Below, in pieces: positions 22,145-33,188 of a stretch of 51,628 nt of DNA. The notes beneath the pieces are model-generated. The model did no database searches and had not been told where the DNA came from. It saw nothing but the letters and a program-made list of their open reading frames with translations. The position numbers and the translations under genes are program-made. This stretch comes from Phoronis australis (taxonomy: Eukaryota > Animalia > Phoronida): contig NMRA01001128.1 of the NCBI GenBank assembly GCA_002633005.1, forward strand, positions 1 to 51,628, in the 5' to 3' direction. Each line of letters starts with the position of its first letter. The first letter of the stretch is position 1.

Positions 22145-24375
22145 CTCTATATTTTAACCTATTTGTGGAATCTACGGTGCAAGAGCTTCTGAATTATTGT
22201 ATCCGCTTCGGGACAGGGGTAGTCGTGAATTTGGGATTTTAGAGAGGAAATTGACAAAATTGGATTTTATTGATACAGTATCTCATTTTCCTATGAACAT
22301 AGCAAGGCAAAATGACAGTCTTCATTGAATTTCTTCGTCTTTGAGAAACCCCATTGACTGAGTCTGGTTTCTGTAAGTTATGCATTTAATTTTCCAGAAA
22401 GGTGAAAACAAGAGTTTTTCTTGAATAAGACTAGTGATTATGTCAAGACCATCCACTCGAGCTGTGGTCTTTGTCCTGTGCCGCTATGAAGCATAATTAT
22501 GCTCATTGCCGCTACAAACTTATTAAGGTTTCTGCATATTCACTAGAATCTCGTTTTCCGTTTGACTTAATGTATACCAATTTTTCCACTAGGCGAATCA
22601 CGTAAGCAAAAAAGATTCATTCGCAGCTAAACAGTGGTATCAATTACTACAAGACGAAATTTCGTCTGATAACGTTCAACATAAAATTTCAAAGACGCTG
22701 TTATAGTTTTCTAAATTACCATTTCGTTTTAATGTCATGGGACTTCTGAGTTATTTCATAAATTAATAAAAACCCTAGTATGTTGATAGCCCCTCATACA
22801 AAAGTGGAATATTTTAAGACAATTCCTCACATTGTTTTAAAGAACTAGGTGACAGTGTGATGTTTTTAAAGCTAATTTGATTTTGTGTCCTATTTTGCTC
22901 TGTTCTTTTGTTTCATGTGACCAAAAGTGGTTAAGTATGCCCGAGACAATATTTTTCATATAGACTGTCACAATGCCTAAGTGAACTCTAAATGTCAACA
23001 CAGTGTCAATTTTCACCCCACTTCTTGGTAAATTATACAAAAATATACAACATCCTTTAAATGTGAGAACTTTTTATACCTATGTATGAGGTGGGAAACG
23101 TCGAAATTAATGAATTTCACAAGTCAAAGTACCATTTTTACGGAATCTGGGTCGCAAGCTGGTCGCATAGAGATCGGTTGATTAGCGTAACAATTGTTCA
23201 CTTCCGTTTTGCTTGTAATAATAATGGTAAGCATTTAGAGGTAACAGGCTGATGTGCGCCCAAGGTACGATCTCCAGGCGACGCTGTATTGTTATATCCA
23301 ACAAAGAAAAACAATGTTAGTGTTCCTTAGGCGATAACCATGCGACGCTCTTACGCCCGTAGCATGGATGTCGCAAGTTGAACAATACCTTGCCATCTCC
23401 ATACGACGTCATTTGGCATGTCCCATAGCTCAGAGACCACTGACATAAAGTTGAAATACTTGCACGAATTCATCTCAGAGTGCACTGACACCGTTGATTG
23501 TATTTTTTTATAAAAAGTCGATTTTCCTACGTGAACGTGTTTTTCTTCTGCTTTTGTGTTCGCTAGACGTCTGCGGTGTGCTCGCAGTATCTTCGAACAC
23601 AACGCCACCAACTTGGAAGAGTAGACTACCTCGCGGTACTCTAGGATGACTGAGACTGTAGTAACAGAAATGTTCTGATCATGAAAGACGACGATAACCA
23701 TATCTGAGACGGTGGGTTGTTTGTTGCGACAGTGAGAAGTTAAGGGCTTCGATCCGTAGACTTAAGACAGCATGTACTTGCGACGAAAAATCTTCGCTAT
23801 GGAAGGCAAACAGCGTGTTCTATTGCATAAGTCAACATTTCAACCTGACCTTCCCTGCCATTTTGCCGGTTTAGGGCTAGCAACGATTCGAGCATACTTG
23901 CGGAGCACTCTTATACTCGCATGATTTTACGTGATCTCTAATTTGCGTCATTGTCACTGATAAGAGGGCCAGTCTTTGTTGCTAAGTTACTCGACGTAAT
24001 TTGAATATATATGACCATAATCATGAGCCAGACCATCCCGTGTTCATGCGCGCATCCAGAGAGCGGTGTCTGGGGAGTATTGTCAAAGGGGCCCCCATTT
24101 TGCGAAGTGGAAGAAAGGTCCGCCTCGCAGAAACAAAAAGTCCTAGAAAACGAGACAAACGTCCACTAAAAAAGGTAAACACACAATTCCCAGCTCCGAA
24201 CGTGGTACCTCGTTTTTTTAGTCCTCCCGCTTTTTGGTTTGTAATAGACCGGGAGCCAGGGGGCTGAACCTGGTTTTGCCGGACAAAGCTTTTTCGTTGC
24301 TATTTCATGTAGCCTAGGGTTAAGTAATCATGATTTAGGGGGTGACCGTTCGCAACCCTTGAGCATTTTTTACAT

Positions 24376-24859
24376 ATGCAAATTAAGGTCATCATTATGC
24401 AAAAATCTATTTATAATTTCCTTACCAGATAATTTTGACGTTTTCACTCATGTTTCCATGGTCAGCGAATTTAATAGTGCAAGTTTTTTTAGTGGATACA
24501 TTGTCAATTTGCATAATTTATGCAAGTTAAGACGGCCATTATTCAAAATTTTTCTTGTGCTTATAGCAATGATACCAGACACCACAGATGAACTATTATA
24601 ATATTTGCACCTATGTTCTTATGGTCAGTTAGCTTAGGGAAATATGTTTGCATGTTGTTACTTGATAAATTTGCATAATTAAGGGAAATTTGCATAACCA
24701 ATACAAATTAATGTCACCCCATTCAACTTGAGCGTATAGCTGTGGTACCAAGCACCACAGGTAAACTTTTAAGCTATTTGAACCCATGTTCCTATGGTCA
24801 ATTGGGTTAATGAAATCAGTTTGAAAGTTGCACGATAAATTTGCATAATTTATGCAAAT
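24376..24859. repeat. Octamer (ATGCAAAT)-rich repeat segment
   Basis: Six perfect octamers at 24376, 24507, 24669, 24688, 24839 and 24852. Confidence 0.65.
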
Positions 24860-25629
24860 AAAGGCGGCCATGATTAAAAATTCTGTTTCTGCTCGTAACT
24901 TTCTTATGGGGGGGCAATACATTTAGATTATTTTGTTATTTTTACTGATGAATTTAATGTAATCTGTCATTACATCATAAATAATAATAATAATCTGTAA
25001 TTTAATACACAACGTTACGAATTCTAGATTTGTCTGTTACCCAGAGTGGATCTAGTAGGCGACCAAATTGTTTTTATCGTAATCTATTTTGCCCGGGGTA
25101 CGCCACGAGCTATGTTGCAGAGTAAAACAAGAGGAGGATTGCGANTAGAGAAACGTATGAATACAAAAGTAGGCCCTAGAGGCTATAAATAGAGATGAGT
25201 AATGCAAAATAAACCCTAAGAACTGGTCTCAAAATAAAGAGACAAGTGTCAAAATAATGACGATAAATGCATTTAACAAGTTAAATTTAATTTATCGTAA
25301 TCTATTTTGCCCGGGGTACGCCACGAGCTATGTTGCAGAGTAAAACAAGAGGAAGATTGCGAATATTGTCATTTATTATGACGTAATAGATAAAACTAAC
25401 TAAGACTCTGCAAGATGGGCATGCAAAAAACGCCATAATGGCAGCAGGGAATGCTGACATCGCCCACCCGAGGAAGCGCAACCCGGGCAATAACAAGGTT
25501 AGACTATGATAAAATATAGGTACTAAACAGGATAACAGGAAATTAGAATACATAAGTCTAGAATATAAAAAACAAGAACATAACGAAATGTAAGTAAAGT
25601 TAACTAGGACTAATGACTAGAAATTGAAG

Positions 25630-25792
25630 TCTGCAACTACAGGCCTTGGGCCACAGGCTGCAACAACAGACCTGCGAACGGAAGGAGGCCGGCTGCAACA
25701 ACAGTCCTGACCTAGTGGGCTGAAACCACAGACCCAGAGGAGTGGGAGGGGCTGAAAAGCAAAGTGAGAGAAGTGGGGAGCTGCAACAACAG
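25630..25792 (+). repeat. Degenerate spaced repeat, GCTGCAACAACAG x6
   Basis: Motif starts at 25630, 25657, 25692, 25719, 25751 and 25780, with variable spacers. Confidence 0.6.
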
Positions 25793-28138
25793 GCTCACCA
25801 GGAGTTCAAGAAGCCTGGGGAAGAGGAAAAGCAGACATGCGAATGTAGTTTTTTAGTGCGTCAGATTTCAGGGTCTTTTAGAAAGCAATAGAAACAAAGA
25901 CTGTATCTTCTGTTTTATTGTCAGTGTTGATGTATCGATTTTACAGTAATGCCGCAGTTCTTTCTTAAAAGAACATTTTAACACAGTTGGGTTTGGAGGG
26001 GATGAGTAGTTCACATAGTAGCTTAGTTTTTGGTATTCGATTTCTTTTTTAATACTCCTGTCTACTTGGTTTTTCTCATACTTGGAACGGATTGGTACTT
26101 TTACATTTTATTTTTAAACTTGAAGTACTGAAACAGTGGTAAATTATGATCGTCAGCGAAACTTAGTTACACTAAACATTAGTCATTATTTCAAGTTTGA
26201 TCTTTATTAGCCTAAAATATGCGAAAGTGTAAATATGGTGATAGTCAAGATGAAATTTGTAATCTGGAAAATTTCGGTTGACGAATGTACTGACTGCAAA
26301 ACTAATTTAGCTTTTTGTCAGTCATAAAAATGGAGAATGGGCACAAGTTAATTACAATAAGTTAACAATCTGGTTAAAATAGATTGAAAAAATACTAAAA
26401 GAAAAATGCATGTGATATTGTAAACTCNATATGGTGATAGCCAAGATGAAATTTGTAATCTCTGGAAAATTTCGGTTGTACTGACTGCAAAACTAATTTA
26501 GCTTGTTGTCAGTCATAAAAATGGAGAATGGGCACAAGTTTATTACAACAAGTTAACAATCTGGTTAAAATAGATTGAAAATATACTAGAAAAATGCATG
26601 TGATATTGTAATCTCTGATCAGTGTGTGTCAATCCACCGAGTATATCAATACGCACGATCGTTTATCTTCAACTGTACTCAATGTTTGTAGTTTTTAGCT
26701 TATTAGTTCATCGATTGTTTAAAAAACGAAAACAATACGTGGTCGCTTTTTCCAGCTAAATACAGCGTGGTGTTCATTTTAACGACATTTTTTGGTTCAT
26801 GCAATTTGAAAATTTGCCATTTTGTACAGGCAGAGATGTTTACTAACGTTTATGGTTCGGTAAATGCACTTAATTGCGGTCATCACAACTGTTTCAAACT
26901 CCGGTGCCGCGCTCTCATTGATCCTGGTAAAGCCGCTTAGAAGGACGAAAGGTGAAGATTCACGCTTATCTTTAGAAATGCGTGACTTCCTCAGTTCCTT
27001 GTAAGCGTATTAGACCGCATGTTTATTAAAACGAATTTAAACTTGTGATTCTTACAAAAATTTGCACAAAACCGACAATGACAATTCGAAAAAGTTGTCG
27101 ATGGGGTTTCAACGCACAATGGTTCTCGTACATTTCANGAATTTAAACTTGTGATTCTTACAAAAATTTGCACAAAACCGACAATGACAATTCGAAAAAT
27201 TGAAATAACTTTTTAGATTTCATTGTGAGTATTTGGTAAATTAATAAAATACGATCAAAAATAAGAATATGGCTGCAATATGCGTACACATGCCTTAGTA
27301 TTCTTTCATTTTTCGAATTTAACAGAGTTCGTGATCAATTAACTCCGATAATGGCTGTCGGTGATTGCCCGGTACGTTAAAAACAGATTCTTTTCATTGT
27401 GTTTTGAAAATTCAATAATTTTGGAAATATTTGTCTAAATGCACAAAGTTGTCGATGGGGTTTCAACGCACAATGGTTCTCGTACATTTCACGTTATTTC
27501 ACAGTAGTGTTTTAAAACACGTTTTTTCCAACAATGTACGGTGTGCTATAGATAACGATTGGACCGGCGCTTGTTGACTTTAGTGGCGCTATATACGACC
27601 ATGCCGTAGGCTATACCCACGAACCCCTACTCTGTGAACCATTGGTGTAGAATTCACCTTATTCGTATTTATATGTGGAACACATCTCGTAAAATCACGC
27701 AATATGCCGAGGATACTACTGTAGCACTAGATGAATCTGAGGAATCTTTGACACAAACCCTTAATTTGCTTGACAAATATTAAAAAAATTCGGGCCTGAA
27801 ACCTAATCTAGGAAAAACACAGGGTGTACTGATAGGGACTAGCAAACCTATTGATCTGCGCTTGTGTCCTGAAAAGAACTTGACTTGGAATTTTTTTTTC
27901 TACACTCGGAATAAAGTTTACTTTATTGTAACATGAAGTGGTTGAATTAAACTACAACGTAAAGTTTAATGAAATTCGTAGTAATCTTGTTTCATGGTCT
28001 ACGAGAGTTTTAACACCACTTGGCAAAATAACATTAATTAAACCATCGATACTATCGAAACTAGTTCTGCCTTCACCATCTCAAGAAATGACCATAAGAC
28101 GTGATAAAATGTTTTACAATTCTATTTGGGGCGGTCAA

Positions 28139-29090
28139 CAGTGGCGGATCTAGGATATCATAAGGGGGGGCCAACATTTTGTCCGGCTGGAAGCATTTGC
28201 GCAAACTGAACCACGATTGTAGATGCGCATAGCACCTAATGGGGGGAGGTCGGGAGGGGGGTTTGCCCAGGAAATTTTTCTGTTTTTTCCTCTAAAAATC
28301 AAGCATTTTCCTTGATTTCTGATGTATTATCCAAGAAAAAAGAAAAAAAAGAAAACACGGAGAACGTGTCACACAGGAAAAATTGCGCGTTTCACAGACT
28401 CGAAATCACGACCTGGCTGATAGGACGCGCGTGCTTTACCACTACACCACCACGACTTCACTAATGATCTTTAACTAAGAGACCTACTTGTTTATGGTCC
28501 ACAACGTTTGCGCTTCTTTTTGTAATGTTTATTACACGTTTTTTTATTTTGTGCAATCGGTTGTTAACAAATTAGTTGTATTTAAAATAGTCTTCAAATG
28601 CCCAAAAGACCAAATCCATTTTTCGTGTTGGCAATAATGACGGGATTGCTTTGGAAATCGTCTTAAGTTAAGGTTTGAAAAAGAGAAAATTAATGAGTTT
28701 CTGAGTGATTCACTAAGGCTTTGATTAAAATTCACGTCTTACCAGCAGCTTCTGTTTTTTCATCGTCACTCAGGTTCCATTTTCTTTAAAAAATGAAGTA
28801 AAATTTCTCCATTGCACAGTGGAGCAGACGACGGAAACGGAGTCGTAGTGCGCAGCGCCACTGCCGGTCGCCTGGGATATCGCGGCGGGAGAGCTTATAC
28901 TTACCCATAGTTCCGTTACGAATGCGCCGTGTTCCGAATTTGACACTTGAAATTGGATCNTTTTTCATCCGTATAATTTTGATTACCGGGGCAAATTAAT
29001 AAACTCAACCTTTCCCTACGCTCTTGCTGTTTTATTTTTTTGCACCAGCCAAGGGGGGGGGGGGCCCTGCCCCCCCTAAATTCGCCTATG
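28139..29090. mobile_element. hAT-like non-autonomous element with 6-bp TSD, nested in the LINE
   Basis: CAGTGGCGGATCTAGG ... CCTAAATTCGCCTATG imperfect TIR; ggtcaa on both flanks (28133-38, 29091-96); LINE homology resumes after it. Contains an N at 28960. Confidence 0.8.
28384..28456 (-). pseudogene. tRNA-derived Pol III promoter-like segment inside the MITE
   Basis: A-box TGGTGTAGTGG and B-box-like TTTCGAGTC at tRNA-like spacing, followed by T5; no good acceptor stem. Confidence 0.5.
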
Positions 29091-29215
29091 GGTCAACTAC
29101 TGTAATTCAAGGTTTTTCTCTTGGCGGGTGTACAATGACAAATATTACATCTTTTATGAAGTCCATAAAGGTTTCATGGCTCTGCAAGCTATCAATAGCT
29201 AAAGGGGGCTTGTGG

Positions 29216-31817
29216 GCAAACATTCTTGCTCAAGATGTTTCTTTTCAATTTACACAGTAATTATCGACATTTCCTTTTATGAGATGCAAACAAATATTCT
29301 ATACGAACCAATTTAGTCTAACATAAACAAATGGTAAAAAATATTTTTTAAGAAAGGTAGTATGAAAAAATACTGTATTTATCTGCGATATTCTAGATTC
29401 AAATGGAAGTCTTATGAATTACGATACCTTTCAAAGATGTGTTTTATCCTCCGTTTACCGAATACTTGGGCTTAGAAAGTATGTACTCAAATATTTAAAA
29501 GAAGTTCGGGACGATTCCTTTAACGTTTGTTTACCTATTAGTAAATTTACAAGGCTCTTTCTACAATTTTATAAGAAAGCAAGTCCAGCAAAAATATATA
29601 CAGTTTTCTAGTTGATAAAGTATATAAGAAACCAAAATTCTAAGCAAAATTTAGATATCACTTAATCTTCGGTGCACGGAAAAGTGGTGGACGGTTTCCC
29701 ACACCAATGCTGTCAATTTTACTTGTGACAAGAAATAAAAATGGTATTCCCCTAACTCATTGAGTACTAAGTACCAATTCCTTTCTACGTAAATTGGAGT
29801 TATTGGTTCAGATTTATGCAACTTTATGTAAAGGAGAGTCCGAGAATATGGTCCATCTTTATTGGTCGTGTCTAGTAGTAGTATACGTAGCTTTTGGTTG
29901 TCACTGACACAATGGATCAATCAAAAGGTAAGTTTGGCTTTAGCTCTTGAATTGTACACCTACAGTTTTGAGCATACCTAATGGCCAAAATACATTGAAC
30001 TTGTCATTAACTTTGGCGAAATGCAACATTTATTGCCAGAGATTAAAACAGGTCTCTCTCATTTAAAAAAAAAATATGTTTGAAATCTCCGAACGTTCGC
30101 CAAAATACATTTTTATAGCAAGTGTGAATTTGTCAAATTCAGAAATAGATGGACCCATGGCTCTTATATATATGTAAAATGGTAATCTTGCCCCTGGAGT
30201 GAATGTGTACATGCGTGTGAGTATGTCTGGTTCAAAGGTTTACAGTTTTTCTTGTAATGTACTTTGGAATACCTTAAAAAATAATAATCTTACCTTTCTG
30301 TCGTGGTGGGTGAACGGATCTCGTGCCACCTCTCATTTTGCCTAATCACTACGGTTACCCGATTTGTAAGGGTGTCGAAAAAGTCTCATAGAAACGTGTT
30401 CATTTGCACTTAATTTATAGCCATAACGGGTGCTCTAAATCAGCATTTTTGTCGTAGATGTGAGGATTATCGTTTTAAAGTAATTATAATGATAGCTAAC
30501 GAACTTGTTCACCTGACATTTATTTTACAATGATCAAATAGCATACCGTTTGACTTTTTGAGACCAGTGTTGAACAGGATGACTCTTTAAAGCAGGGGTT
30601 TCAAATATGCTGATATATGACTGAAAGTTTTCAGTCGATGTAAATACGCAGAATTTCTAGACTGGCAAGAGCAGTCCCTGCTATTGAGAGAACGTTTACG
30701 TAATGCCCCTGCCAGTCTTACATGAGAAAACTTGAAAGAACGATGTCGAACTCTAGCTACAGATGGTAACATTTAATCAACCCTTTTCTTTATCTGTCCG
30801 ACTGGTACGTTTTCTTGCAATAAATGTTTTGATACTGTAGATGTTTTTGACTGAGCTAACAATCTAACAAGATGGTTCCGCCAAAATACCTCCCACTGAA
30901 AGTAAGTGCAGGCTAGTAACTACTATAAAAATCCATGGTCGATATTCGTTGGGTATTGTTATAAAGAAGCTGTCCGCTCCATCCTGGCTTTATGAGAATC
31001 TGTAGAGCAGGCGTACCAAAATATAGGGAGAATTACGCTTGACACCCCTCCCCCCAAAGCAAAAGTTCTAGTTTCGCCCCTGGCAGTGCGCACGACCGAC
31101 TTCTGAAATTTGTAACATACGCGAGCTTAATGGAATAATCCGATTTTGTTAATATAATTACTAATCTATATATTTGTGTATCTTTTGCTTATCTATCATT
31201 GGATTGCATCGAATGAATAATCTACTTTCTGTTGTAATTCCCCTTGCTGATTGATTTGAGCCCTGTCAGACCATGTCACTTACAAGCTTGTGCATCCTAT
31301 TACGAATAGTCACATCTCGTAGAAATAATGGTTGTCTAATTTACAATATTTGTGACTTTTAGCTTCATGAAAAAAGCGATTTGATGCATTCTGCAGCTAT
31401 ACTGCGAACGTGCTGTAAGTTTCCGAGGATCAAGATCAGGGTAGCGTTCCGTAAACCAAACTTCTTGTAAGAAATGCGAGAACACGCAGACTGCACATCA
31501 CGCGAGACAAAGGCGAGTGTTTCGCGAGTACGTTCGAGACCTAACCAGCGTAACCTAGCAAAATGGCTAGCACTGAAGTGATAGGTCGATGAAGTTGAAA
31601 AAATGTTCAGTTATGGGATACAAGCCATGAATTACGGGGCTACAATTAACTGTTTCGTTTCATAATCGAAAAACATTAGCAGCAAGAGCAGGCTAAAATC
31701 TTGGGTCTCCAGTACGTAGTCGAGTTCCTCATACAATGGATGGCATATTTTGAGAAGTTCGCCATCAAATCATGTGGCTTGCAACGAAACGGCGAATCCT
31801 AGCACAAAAGGTTAAGT
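29216..31817 (+). repeat. 2.6-kb direct duplication, copy 1
   Basis: Colinear and highly similar to 47512-50109 (SNPs and small indels). Confidence 0.92.
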
Positions 31818-32160
31818 TTCGCCACATTCCTTACAGTGATATAGTTTCCATCACCGGAAAGAAAAGGTTTCAGATCTAACAGGCGTTGGCTAGCCCTGAA
31901 ATTGCAATTTCGGAAGTAATGCCATGTAAGCATTCTCTGAGAGCCAAGTTTGAAAAGGAAACATAAATCTGTCACTGTAAAGACTATTAAGAGGCGAGTA
32001 AAACTCCAATTCTACTTTTGTCAGCTAAACAGTGGTAAATCTCAACTTAATAAGTTATGAAGTTCAGGAAAAACGAATATCTGCTCAAGATGTAAACATC
32101 GTATATTCACGTTTGCAGACACACATACAAGAATTTAATCCGTTGCTTTAAAACTCCTCC

Positions 32161-33188
32161 CTATTTACTCTTATCCAAGATTGTGACCATTTCTTCGTCC
32201 ACAGATTCCTTGTACTGTGCTGAACATTTCCTCAAAAGATACAGCGGGATTAAGAGCAACAGCGCAATAAACATCCCGCCAAAACAAAAGTACATCAGTG
32301 CCATAGGTCCGATTGTACCGAACGTGAGCGGTATTAACGGTGGCAATACCATGAGTCCCGCTATCATGCCCGCTACACAAATGTTGACCATGACTGAGTC
32401 ATCCGCTATGTACGCTAGAGAAAAACTGACAAGGGAAGCAAGCACTGGACTACAGCAAAGACCTATAGAAATGGTTGAAAACCAGAGAAGAAACATGCTT
32501 TGTTCGGCTGCAAAACACAGCACCAGAAAAACAACGGCCAAGGTGGTTATGTTGACAACAATTATTACAAAAGAATCGACCAATTTAGAAATCCAAATAG
32601 CGTTAATACATCCAAAAGTATACGCGCCATAGCAGACTGACAACATTAGGACTCCTTCTGATTTGGTAACGTCTGCCTTCGACTCAACGCAAAATGTAGT
32701 GAAAAGATCTACGAACGATTTTTGAGAAGTATTGTAACATAAGGATACGAAGAATACCAAAACAGCCATTGTGATATTTGTTTTATTACGGAACATTTGT
32801 TTTGATTGACTTGACTCTTCTGCTTGTGATGTTACGGTGACGAAGTCCTCATCTTTGGGTTGTTTTAGGAAATATATAGTGAAAAAACAGAGTGCTGGTA
32901 CAAAACACGCACAGCCAAGTATTACGTATCCGTAAAGAATATGAGACTCAGACCAGTGACGTGAGCCTGACAGACTACAGTTTATAGCACAAAGAGAAGT
33001 CGCGTTATCATTGGGAAGATAAGACATAGACGTCTCGTTCCAGGACTGGGTTCTGCCTATTTCTTTTGACTGAAATGGTCGCACAATCAATGCTCCAACA
33101 AAGGGACCAAAAAACTTGAACGCGTAGTCTGCTTGTAAGAGCTGTGCTCGATGCCTTTCACCAACTTCCACTACAATAACTAAAAACC
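32161..33188 (-). CDS. MFS transporter coding exon 2
   Basis: Acceptor AG at 33190-33189; 1028 nt open to TAG; about eight TM-like segments. Confidence 0.88.

Larger units (their letters stand above)
27690..30290 (+). mobile_element. Decayed 5'-truncated L1/Tx1-clade LINE, interrupted by a MITE at 28139-29090
   Basis: KITQYAEDTT (YADD motif), SGLKPNLGKT, WSTRVLTPLGKITLIK, GG..NITSFMKSIKVSWL and C-terminal SDLCNF.CKGESENMVHLYWSC zinc finger; stops and frameshifts throughout. Confidence 0.85.

Noticed and set aside
32183-32632. 149-aa + strand ORF (and 35564..35794)
   Set aside because: These are antisense shadows of the MFS coding exons.
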